DNA from: an uncultured Lachnospiraceae bacterium
Lineage (GTDB): Bacteria; Bacillota; Clostridia; Lachnospirales; Lachnospiraceae
Direction: 5' to 3'
NCBI GenBank assembly: GCA_964531805.1
Contig: CAZHGE010000001.1
Location: 29,205-93,204 of the forward strand
DNA length: 64,000 nt
The position numbers and the translations under genes were made by a program. The notes under the pieces were generated by a model that made no database searches, was not told the DNA's origin, and saw nothing but the letters and a program-made list of their open reading frames with translations. Every line of letters starts with the position of its first letter. Position 1 is the stretch's first letter. Below are positions 8,951-17,651 of this stretch, piece by piece.

Positions 8951-11890
8951 TTAATCTGCTGTAGTGGCGGCGGCATCTGGAATAACTGCCGTACCGGTTA
9001 AAATAGCATCTTCTTCCTCTAAACCGAAGTAATATTTATAAATATCACGAGTCAGGTTGGCGGCATAATCAGAACTATAACCGAATGCAATACGGGTAGA
9101 AATTGTAATTTCCGGATTATTAAATGGTGCATAGCTTACAAATAACGCATGGTTTGCACGGTTTCGGTTTTCTTCGGCAGTACCGGTTTTACCAGCAACG
9201 GTAACACCTAAATTCTGAAAATATGATTTTTTTTCTACAACCTTACGCATACCGGAATGAATAGCATTCCAGTAACTGGATGGAAGATCAACGGTATTAC
9301 GAATTGTTGGTGAATAATCTACAATTAGGTTACCATTGGAATCGGTTACTTTATCTAACAGGGTTAGATTATAACAGGTTCCATTATTTGCTACAGTTGT
9401 TACATAACGGGCAAGTCCTACAGTTGTATAGTTGTTAGTACCCTGACCGATAGCGGATAATACCGGATATTCATCCGATACTTCCGGTGTGGATTCTTCT
9501 ATTTCAATACCAGATTTTTCAGATAACCCAAACATGTCTGCGTATTTGGATAATTTGGCAAGACCAAGTTCCGCATCATAAGTTCCTTCCTCTGTCTGAC
9601 TTAACTGATAACCAACTTCATAAAAGAATGAGTTACAGGAATTTTCAATACCACCGGATACGGTCAATGATCCATGTGCTCCGGGATGAACCCAGCAACG
9701 GTACTGTTCGTTGGCAAAACGGTCAAATAGTCCTTTACAACTGATGGTAGTCTGTGTGTTTATCACATCCTCACATAGTGCAGCTGTTGCAGATACCATT
9801 TTGAAAGTAGAACCAGGTGCAGTCTTCTGCTGAGTCGCATAATTCCATAATGGATTGGAAAGATCATTACGCAGAGAAGCATAATAATCAGAATCAATGG
9901 AATTGGCAAGTTTGTTGTTGTCATAACTGGGATACGTTACTAATGCAAGCACTTCTCCCTGGGTATTGGTAATAACAACGGATGCTGAATATGGGTCCAA
10001 AGCCAGCTGAGCCGGTGTTATATATAGATTTTCGATTAAAAACAACATAAAGTTGTAAGGAGAGATTTGTTTTGTGATAAAACGTTCCTCATCCTTTTCT
10101 GTAATGGAAATCGCATTCTGTTCCAATAAAATTGTACAGATTTGTCTTCCGTTAATATCGCTATTATCAATCATGTAGCGGTATAGTTTTTTAGAAAATT
10201 CTGTATTATTTGTAAGCAAGCGCAGAATATCTTCTGTTAACTGGGAAAAAATCTCTGTTGAATCAGAGTATTCAGCCTGTAATTCAATTTTTGTTACATC
10301 AATCCAGTTTTGTGCAATACAATAATCAAGATACTCGCCTAAACTGATTGTTTCTTCTGTTTTCCATGCCAAATAGGTCTTATCTTCTTTGTCAATCCGA
10401 TCTGAAATAATAATACCTTCATCCGTCAACATAGATACAATATAACTTTGATAGACCTGATATTCTTCTGACAAATCTTCATAAGGCGTTCTTTTGGTAT
10501 GAAGTTCTTCTGTCAAACGTTCAAATACCTTGGCACGCTTTTCTTCAAATGCTTCTTGAACAGCTATTTCATTTTCACCAGCATCGTCATTATCAAAATG
10601 GTGGATATCAATGATGTTATTATTGAATAATGCAAAATAGACATCATCAATCGGAATCTTAATCTGACTGGCAGATGGATTCTCGGGTAACTCATAATTT
10701 TTTACATTAATAATCTTACTTAGTAAAATACCTGCAAGTTTCTGCTCTAAAATATTATAGGTTGCCACCTGCAAATCATGATCAATGGTCAAATGCACAT
10801 CATTACCCGCTACCGGATCCACTAAATTGGTGCTTTCAATTACTTTACCAAGGTTGTTTACATAGATGGTTTCATGTCCTTTCACACCCTGTAAATAAGT
10901 TTCCATGGTCTGCTCAATACCAGCCTTGCCAACCATGTCGGTCAATGTATAATCGTTACGTTTACGGGTGGTACGTTCATTTTCTTCGGTAATCTCCTGA
11001 TCGTTTAAACTTAGATATTCTTCTTCTGAAATTTTACCGGTATATCCTAATATCTGTGAAAAATATTCGCTGTCCACATATTTTCGTATATTATCTTCTG
11101 TAATGGAAACTCCGGTAAATTCAATGGAATTTTCCATAATACTGGCAACGGTTTTTTCATCAACGTCTGTTGCGATAACGGTTGGGATATACTGCTGGTA
11201 ACTGTTTAAACTCATGGCATAACGAATGGTTACCAGTTTTAACTGTTCTTCTTTTGTGTATCCTTCGAATACTACATAGGAATCGCGTGGGTTTTCAGGA
11301 TCGTGGGATTTACCAATACCATATTTGGAGTAACCGCAGAGATATTCCATTACCATGTCAGGCGTGGCGGTTTCTTCTTCGTATTTTAAGTCGGATATTT
11401 TTAATCTTCCATATATATCTGCTAAAAATCGCTTGTGCTGTGTACCATCTAAGGTGAAGGCAAACTCACCGTCTTCGTCTAGCACAATATGAAAATCATT
11501 GATAATCTTATCACCGTTTTTTTCAATGATATCGATGACCTTTAACAAGGTTTCATTGATATTTCTGTTTTTTTCCGTACCGGATTCATATACATCTTCG
11601 ATGGTAACGTTATAGGCAAGTTCATTATAGGCAAGTAGTATACCGTTACAATCATATATCTTGCCACGTGAACTGTTGATCGTTCGTTCCTTTTGAATCT
11701 TTAAGGTAAATTCCTGTAATGTTTCCTCTCCATTGATAATCTGGAGAACAAACAAGCGGGCTGTTAAAAGCGCAGATAATATAAAAATAACGATCAAAAC
11801 GATATAGATTCTGCCGTTTGTGGAATTAATATAATTGTCTTTAAAACGCTTAAACAATCGACTGCTCTCCTTTTTTCTCCGGTAACTCAA
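8951..11890 (-). CDS. mrdA: class B penicillin-binding protein 2 (elongasome transpeptidase) with a large internal insertion
   Basis: N-terminal TM segment, PBP dimerisation domain, and transpeptidase motifs STFK (GSTFKM), SCN and KTGTA. The track start at 11890 is TTG. An alternative TTG at 11857 sits 9 nt after AAGGAG, so the start is uncertain. Confidence 0.85.
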   Translation of the reverse strand: MSYRRKKESSRLFKRFKDNYINSTNGRIYIVLIVIFILSALLTARLFVLQIINGEETLQEFTLKIQKERTINSSRGKIYDCNGILLAYNELAYNVTIEDVYESGTEKNRNINETLLKVIDIIEKNGDKIINDFHIVLDEDGEFAFTLDGTQHKRFLADIYGRLKISDLKYEEETATPDMVMEYLCGYSKYGIGKSHDPENPRDSYVVFEGYTKEEQLKLVTIRYAMSLNSYQQYIPTVIATDVDEKTVASIMENSIEFTGVSITEDNIRKYVDSEYFSQILGYTGKISEEEYLSLNDQEITEENERTTRKRNDYTLTDMVGKAGIEQTMETYLQGVKGHETIYVNNLGKVIESTNLVDPVAGNDVHLTIDHDLQVATYNILEQKLAGILLSKIINVKNYELPENPSASQIKIPIDDVYFALFNNNIIDIHHFDNDDAGENEIAVQEAFEEKRAKVFERLTEELHTKRTPYEDLSEEYQVYQSYIVSMLTDEGIIISDRIDKEDKTYLAWKTEETISLGEYLDYCIAQNWIDVTKIELQAEYSDSTEIFSQLTEDILRLLTNNTEFSKKLYRYMIDNSDINGRQICTILLEQNAISITEKDEERFITKQISPYNFMLFLIENLYITPAQLALDPYSASVVITNTQGEVLALVTYPSYDNNKLANSIDSDYYASLRNDLSNPLWNYATQQKTAPGSTFKMVSATAALCEDVINTQTTISCKGLFDRFANEQYRCWVHPGAHGSLTVSGGIENSCNSFFYEVGYQLSQTEEGTYDAELGLAKLSKYADMFGLSEKSGIEIEESTPEVSDEYPVLSAIGQGTNNYTTVGLARYVTTVANNGTCYNLTLLDKVTDSNGNLIVDYSPTIRNTVDLPSSYWNAIHSGMRKVVEKKSYFQNLGVTVAGKTGTAEENRNRANHALFVSYAPFNNPEITISTRIAFGYSSDYAANLTRDIYKYYFGLEEEDAILTGTAVIPDAAATTAD

Positions 11891-12368
11891 TTCGGATCAT
11901 AATAAAGTGGATCAATGGATATAATATACATGCCATAATGGATGTATATACAATTTCAGGAAGTATAATCTGTCCGCAGTAATGAAAGAAATCAAAATTA
12001 CCACGGAATAAAAAATATAAAAAGTAATGTAAAACATTATACGCCAAATCGCTTATAGCAATAAAAAGTAGTGGCAATTTGATATCTTTTGGGAAAAGGA
12101 TCTTTTTTAAAAGTCCGCATGTATAACCTATGTACATATACAAAAGTGCATTTGTTCCATAAACGGAACGAAAACATAAGTCAACTAAAAGTCCACTGAA
12201 AAAACCGGTATAAATACCGGTCTTTTTTCCACCTAAAAAACCAAGTGACGCAGTTGCGATAATCAGTAAATTAGGACGGATTCCACCAATGCTGAACAAA
12301 GCGAATAAAGTTGTTTGTAAAATAAAGCAGCAAAAAATAGTAATGCCTGCAAAAATTGCTTTTTTCAT
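11850..12368 (-). CDS. mreD: rod shape-determining protein MreD
   Basis: 172-aa polytopic membrane protein sitting between mreC and pbp2. Confidence 0.8.
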   Translation of the reverse strand: MKKAIFAGITIFCCFILQTTLFALFSIGGIRPNLLIIATASLGFLGGKKTGIYTGFFSGLLVDLCFRSVYGTNALLYMYIGYTCGLLKKILFPKDIKLPLLFIAISDLAYNVLHYFLYFLFRGNFDFFHYCGQIILPEIVYTSIMACILYPLIHFIMIRIELPEKKGEQSIV

Positions 12369-12407
12369 TGTACCATCCTGTTTATTGCTAAGGTATCAGT
12401 TGTTCAT

Positions 12408-13274
12408 TTATTTAGTCTGTTGTTTTAATTCCATGATGACCAATACCTCATTTAAATGTTCAAAATCAACTACCGGTGTTAATTGACCGGATTTGGTAAG
12501 GTTATTGGAGTCAGTGTCAATACTGCTGATGTAACCAATTAATAGACCTGGAAGATATTGATCTGAGATATTGGATGTTACAACCTTATCCCCTACTGTT
12601 ACTTTGTCTTTGGAATCCATCAGCTGGCTGTATTCAATTTTACCATCTGCCATAGTGGTCAGATTACCGGTAACAATTAGATTATCACCGCTTGCAAGTA
12701 CCATACCGCTTGTATTTACACCATCTGAAATAATAGAACTTACTTTTGCATGGTTTGGTCCCACTTCTACCACTCTTCCAACCAGGCCGCTGCCTGCGAT
12801 AACGTTACAATTGACCTGTATACCATCTTCACTGCCCTTATCAATGACAAATGAAGAATACCAGTTGCTGGCATCCCGGGAAATGATGCGGGCACCGATT
12901 TTTGTGTATTCTTCATATTCAGCATCCAAGTCATATAATTCCCGCAGTTTAGTCAGTTCATATTTTTCCTGCTGCAAACGGGTATTTTCTATCGTAAGTT
13001 CATTGATCTGGGTTTTCAACTGTTCATTTTCCTCTAACACAGAACGAAGATCCTCTAATTGTTCGGTTTTCTCAAGGGCATAGGTTCCGACATTAGTCAG
13101 ACCTTTTTCGAAAGGAACAATCAAAAAGCTGCTTACATAATTGAGCGGCAAGGCTAAAATGTTTGTGGTAAAGGATAATACCATCATGGCAATGCATAAG
13201 ACAGTCAGAATAAAGAGAAGGTATTTACTTGGAAGATGGAACTTTTCCCTTTTTCTCTTTAAAACCGGACTCAT
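12408..13274 (-). CDS. mreC: rod shape-determining protein MreC
   Basis: N-terminal TM segment, a coiled coil (LEENEQLKTQINELTIENTRLQQEKYEL), then beta-barrel domains (GSGLVGRVVEVGPNHAKV). The start overlaps the mreB stop in an ATGA junction. Confidence 0.9.
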   Translation of the reverse strand: MSPVLKRKREKFHLPSKYLLFILTVLCIAMMVLSFTTNILALPLNYVSSFLIVPFEKGLTNVGTYALEKTEQLEDLRSVLEENEQLKTQINELTIENTRLQQEKYELTKLRELYDLDAEYEEYTKIGARIISRDASNWYSSFVIDKGSEDGIQVNCNVIAGSGLVGRVVEVGPNHAKVSSIISDGVNTSGMVLASGDNLIVTGNLTTMADGKIEYSQLMDSKDKVTVGDKVVTSNISDQYLPGLLIGYISSIDTDSNNLTKSGQLTPVVDFEHLNEVLVIMELKQQTK

Positions 13275-14284
13275 CTTCCACCCATTCCTTCTATTGCGTA
13301 TGCTAATGATTTATAATTGTCATCCTTAATAATCTTAGAAAGACCAAGTGCTACGGTTTCTAATGGTTGTTCTGTCATATTTACTTTTAAACCGGTTCCT
13401 TTTTGTACCATGGCGGCAAAACGGTTTACCTGGGATGCTCCACCGGTCAGATAAATACCATGACGATAAATATCGGCACCTAATTCAGGTGGAGTTCTCT
13501 CTAAAATAACTTTTATTGCATCAATAATTGTTATAAAATGATCTTCTAATGCGTCATCGACCAAATCCGTAGGAATCATTTTTTCAATTGGAAGTCCGGT
13601 TACGATGTCACGTCCGTATACTAAGGCGGCTTTTTCAGTAGATTCTAATTCTGAAAGATTAATTTTAATTTTCTCTGCACTCTTTTCGCCAATAATCAGA
13701 TTGTATTCGTTACGCACAGCATTGCGGATAGCTTCATCAAATTTATGACCACCCACTTTGATTAATTTACTTAATACAATACCGCCTAAAGATAGAATGG
13801 AGATTTCTGTAGTAGCGTAACCAACGTTTACAACTAAAACACCCTGGGAATTTTTAACATCTATTCCAAGTCCTAATCCATCAGCAACAGCTTTTTCTAC
13901 TACCATAATCTTACGTGCTTTCACACCTGCATCCTTGATCAGGTCATAGAAGGCTCTTTTTTCTACTTCGGTAACATCGGTTGGAACTGCCACATAGAAA
14001 TCACTTGGCTTTAAGGTTCCTTTTGACTGGTCAGTAATAAAATATTTGACCAATGTCTCCATATTATTAATATCTGCAATAACACCATTGCATACTGGAT
14101 AGGAAGTACGGATATTTGCAGGTGCTTTTTCATACATTTCAAAAGCAGAATCTCCATAAGCCAGTAAAGTATTTTTGTTTTCAATGGCAATCATGTTTTT
14201 CTCAATAAAAAAACTATCCTCGGCTTTATTATAGATTTTGATGTTATTGGTACCAAGGTCCATTCCAAAAGTATTATTAGACAA
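13271..14284 (-). CDS. mreB: actin-like rod shape-determining protein MreB
   Basis: Actin/Hsp70-fold motifs are present (GMDLGTNN, VVNVGYATTEIS, GIYLTGGAS). The start is TTG, supported by AAGGAG 8 nt upstream. Confidence 0.9.
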   Translation of the reverse strand: MSNNTFGMDLGTNNIKIYNKAEDSFFIEKNMIAIENKNTLLAYGDSAFEMYEKAPANIRTSYPVCNGVIADINNMETLVKYFITDQSKGTLKPSDFYVAVPTDVTEVEKRAFYDLIKDAGVKARKIMVVEKAVADGLGLGIDVKNSQGVLVVNVGYATTEISILSLGGIVLSKLIKVGGHKFDEAIRNAVRNEYNLIIGEKSAEKIKINLSELESTEKAALVYGRDIVTGLPIEKMIPTDLVDDALEDHFITIIDAIKVILERTPPELGADIYRHGIYLTGGASQVNRFAAMVQKGTGLKVNMTEQPLETVALGLSKIIKDDNYKSLAYAIEGMGGR

Positions 14285-14299
14285 CGTTGCTGCTCCTTT

Positions 14300-14980
14300 C
14301 TATAAGTAACCTTTTTCTTTTAAACTCACGTATTTATTATCTCCAATAATGATATGATCCAATAAAGGAATCTGTATCAAAAGAGATGCATCTAAAATAG
14401 TACGGGTGATATCAATATCCTGGCTGCTGGGAGCCGGATCACCACTGGGATGATTGTGTATCAGAACGATATGCACAGCATGAAAGCGCAGGGCTTCAAT
14501 AAATATCTCACGTGGAGATATGACGGAGGCATTAACCGTGCCCTTTGATAAAAGGACTTCTTTTATGACATGATTTTTGTTGTCACATAATAAAAGATAT
14601 ACATGCTCGGTTTCTAAGTGCCGCATCCGTTCCATGTACAAGCCTGCTACCGTTGCCGGATCTTGAAAAGAAAGGGAATCTTCTCTGCTTCTTGTCTGCA
14701 TCCGTGCGCAAATCTCTGCTACACATTTTAAACGGATTGCTTTTACTTTTCCTATGCCTTTGATTTGTAGTAATTCTTCCAAAGGTATGGAATTTAGTGC
14801 TAAGATTCCGGTAGTTCTGCCGCTTGTCAAATTCAAAATCCGATGGGCAAGAGCAAGGGCATCTTCTCCAACCGTGCCTGTCCGTAAAATAATGGCAATT
14901 AGTTCTGCATCGGTTAGTGCATGGGCACCAACGCGTTCAAATCGTTCATAAGGAAATTCTGTATTTGTTTGTTCGTTCAT
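14300..14980 (-). CDS. radC: RadC-like JAB-domain protein (UPF0758)
   Basis: HhH region (IKGIGKVKAIRL) and JAMM motif HNHPSGDPAPSSQD. It holds the canonical position upstream of mreB. Confidence 0.9.
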   Translation of the reverse strand: MNEQTNTEFPYERFERVGAHALTDAELIAIILRTGTVGEDALALAHRILNLTSGRTTGILALNSIPLEELLQIKGIGKVKAIRLKCVAEICARMQTRSREDSLSFQDPATVAGLYMERMRHLETEHVYLLLCDNKNHVIKEVLLSKGTVNASVISPREIFIEALRFHAVHIVLIHNHPSGDPAPSSQDIDITRTILDASLLIQIPLLDHIIIGDNKYVSLKEKGYL

Positions 14981-15032
14981 ATGATCTCCGGTGCTTCTCT
15001 CCAGACTGCTCCGATATCATCATTATGAATAC

Positions 15033-15272
15033 CTATAAAACTCTGTAAATTAAAATACCAATAATTACGCCAATGATACTTGCAATAGTAATTTTAATGG
15101 TAAGGCCAAAAGTAATAACTAATATTCCTAAATCCAAAGTTACAGGATTGGTTAATCCAAAGGTCTGTCCATAATTTAACCATGAATTGCCAAACAGGTT
15201 GCCAATAAATCCTCCCAATACAATTCCTGTAAGAATGAGTAAAAGGCATGTCCAATTATTTTTCTTCTTCAT
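15033..15272 (-). CDS. small membrane protein (DUF4321-like)
   Basis: 79 aa with two hydrophobic segments rich in G/I/L. I recognise the family from memory only. Confidence 0.55.
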   Translation of the reverse strand: MKKKNNWTCLLLILTGIVLGGFIGNLFGNSWLNYGQTFGLTNPVTLDLGILVITFGLTIKITIASIIGVIIGILIYRVL

Positions 15273-15401
15273 GTATTCCTCTTTTCGTCAAATACCCATC
15301 ATAAATAACGGGTCTTTGGTGTAAAAATACCCAAATGAATATTATCATATTTCGAGTTTTATGTACACCAATTCACATTATTTTTTTTCGCACTAAGGTG
15401 A

Positions 15402-16676
15402 CTATAATCGACATACTCCTGCATCTTTTAAACTCTGTAATGCTTTTAAAATACCAAATTTTGCATGAGGGAAAGTAAGTCCGCCCTGAAAATAAACGGC
15501 ATATGGAGGTTTGATCGGACCATCCGCACTCAATTCAATGGAACTGCCGGATACAAAGGCACCTGCCGCCATAATAACGGGGGCATCATAACCAGGCATA
15601 TCCCAAGGCTCGGGAGTTACAAAACTGTCCACAGGTGCAGCCGCCTGGATTCCCTGACAAAAGGCGATAACACCCTCAGGGGTTCCGAAAGTAACTGCCT
15701 GGATAATATCGTGACGGCTTTCTGTGCTGTTTGGAACAACTGCAAATCCTAATTTTTCCAAACATGCTGCTGCGAACACAGCACCTTTTAATGCAGAGGC
15801 TGTAACAATAGGTGCTAAAAAGAGTCCTTGATAAAAGTCTTTTAAAATACCTAAAGAAGCACCAACTTCTTTTCCAAGGCCAGGGGATGTTAAGCGGTAA
15901 GCCGCATTTTCTACACACTCTCTTTTGCCGGCAATATAGCCACCAATAGGAGCCAGTCCTCCTCCTGGATTTTTAATTAAAGAACCAACAATCATGTCTG
16001 CGCCAACATCTGTTGGTTCTATGGTTTCTACAAATTCACCATAACAGTTATCCACCATACAGATTACATCTGGTTTGATTCCTTTGATAAAGGAAATTAA
16101 TTTACCGATACGATCTACAGATAAAGTTTTGCGCGGCTGATATCCTTTCGAACGCTGGATTGTAACCAGTTTTGTTTTTTCGTTAATGGCAGCGCGGATA
16201 CCGTCGTAATCAAATTCGTCATCTGGAAGTAAATCTACCTGACGGTAGCTGATCCCGTATTCCTTTAGGGAACCTTTACTTTCCCGGATACCGATGACCT
16301 CTTCCAATGTGTCATAGGGTTTGCCAACAGGGGAAAGCAGTTCATCTCCAGGTCGCAGATTGCTCATGAGAGCCAGTGCAAGGGCATGGGTTCCACAGGT
16401 AATCTGTGGACGTACTAATGCATCCTCTGTGCCAAATAATTTAGCATAAACTTCTTCTAAGGTATCGCGTCCTACATCATTATAGCCATAGCCGGTGGTT
16501 CCCAGCAAACATGCTTCACTGACGTGGGCATCCTGCATGGCTTTTATCACTTTTAACTGATTATATTCTGCATTTTTATCAATCTGGTCAAAACGCTCTT
16601 TTAACGAAGTTAAAATTTCTTCTCCAAAAGTCAGAACATCCCGGTCAATACCTAATGCTTCATATAGTGTATTCAT
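15402..16676 (-). CDS. YnbB-like PLP-dependent Cys/Met-metabolism family protein (the so-called aluminium resistance protein)
   Basis: Family pattern TGYGYNDVGRD...CGTHALALAL...IQRSKGY. The track start at 16700 is TTG. I use ATG 16676 (MNTLYEALG), 6 nt after AAGGAAG and directly abutting the miaA stop. Confidence 0.8.
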   Translation of the reverse strand: MNTLYEALGIDRDVLTFGEEILTSLKERFDQIDKNAEYNQLKVIKAMQDAHVSEACLLGTTGYGYNDVGRDTLEEVYAKLFGTEDALVRPQITCGTHALALALMSNLRPGDELLSPVGKPYDTLEEVIGIRESKGSLKEYGISYRQVDLLPDDEFDYDGIRAAINEKTKLVTIQRSKGYQPRKTLSVDRIGKLISFIKGIKPDVICMVDNCYGEFVETIEPTDVGADMIVGSLIKNPGGGLAPIGGYIAGKRECVENAAYRLTSPGLGKEVGASLGILKDFYQGLFLAPIVTASALKGAVFAAACLEKLGFAVVPNSTESRHDIIQAVTFGTPEGVIAFCQGIQAAAPVDSFVTPEPWDMPGYDAPVIMAAGAFVSGSSIELSADGPIKPPYAVYFQGGLTFPHAKFGILKALQSLKDAGVCRL

Positions 16677-16677
16677 G

Positions 16678-17643
16678 TTATACTTCCTTTTCGATTCCAA
16701 TTTTTTTCATATGTTTATAGATAAAATTCAGAATTTTATCATCATCATAATCAAGTGCAGGTTTGTCCACCCAGATTACATCCTCTTCCTTACGGAACCA
16801 GGTAAGCTGGCGTTTCGCAAAATGGCGTGTATTTTTCTTAATGGTTTCTATGGCTTCTTCCAAGGTTTCTTTTCCATCAAAATAAGAAAGAAGTTCCTTA
16901 TAGCCAACCCCCTGCATGGACACTAAATCCGGTGTGTAACCTTTTTCTAACAACTGGTGCACTTCATTTTCCAATCCTGCTTTTATCATAATGTCTACAC
17001 GTTTATTAATGCGTTCATACAAATGAGTACGTTCATCGTTTAATACAAAATAACAGAATTGATACTCTGCTTCTCTTTGACGTTGTTGTTCATTGTATTC
17101 AGAAAATTTCCGACCGGTAAAATGATGATATTCTAAGGCTCTTACCACGCGTTTCATATTGTTATAATGAACAGTTTTAGCGTATTCCGGATCGCAGTCT
17201 ATAAGCATTTGATGAAGTTTTTGTTTGCCTTCTTCTGTTGCCCCGATTGCATATAAAGAATTGCGGTAACTGTCATCGTGTTCTTCTTCCTTAAAATCGA
17301 TGCCATATAAAAGCGCCTGGATATAAAAGGCAGTTCCACCTGTCAGGATAGGCACATGCCCACGGGAATGAATCTCAGAAATGGCGTTTTTGGCCATTTC
17401 CTGAAAGATAGCCACATTAAATACTTCATCGGGATCAAAACAGTCTAAAAGATGATGTGGAACATCCTGCTTTTCAGCATCTGTAATCTTTGCCGTTCCA
17501 ATATCCATGCCGCGATATACCTGCATGGAATCTGCACTGATGATCTCACCATTTATTTCCTTTGCAAGACGGATGGACAAATCCGTTTTACCAACTGCTG
17601 TTGGCCCGGTTAGTACAATTAGGGTTGGTTTATTGTTTTCCAT
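16678..17643 (-). CDS. miaA: tRNA dimethylallyltransferase
   Basis: P-loop GPTAVGKT plus SADSMQVYRGMDIGTAK and TGGTAFYIQALL motifs. Confidence 0.95.
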   Translation of the reverse strand: MENNKPTLIVLTGPTAVGKTDLSIRLAKEINGEIISADSMQVYRGMDIGTAKITDAEKQDVPHHLLDCFDPDEVFNVAIFQEMAKNAISEIHSRGHVPILTGGTAFYIQALLYGIDFKEEEHDDSYRNSLYAIGATEEGKQKLHQMLIDCDPEYAKTVHYNNMKRVVRALEYHHFTGRKFSEYNEQQRQREAEYQFCYFVLNDERTHLYERINKRVDIMIKAGLENEVHQLLEKGYTPDLVSMQGVGYKELLSYFDGKETLEEAIETIKKNTRHFAKRQLTWFRKEEDVIWVDKPALDYDDDKILNFIYKHMKKIGIEKEV

Positions 17644-17651
17644 TTTTTTAC

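Noticed and set aside
12571-13083. Long antisense ORFs in the track, for example 12571-13083, 19173-19613, 20293-20751, 24881-25321, 36622-37035, 41869-42297 and 7146-7466
   Set aside because: All lie opposite well-supported conserved genes. They lack RBSs and have Ser/Leu/Ile-rich low-information sequences typical of shadow frames.
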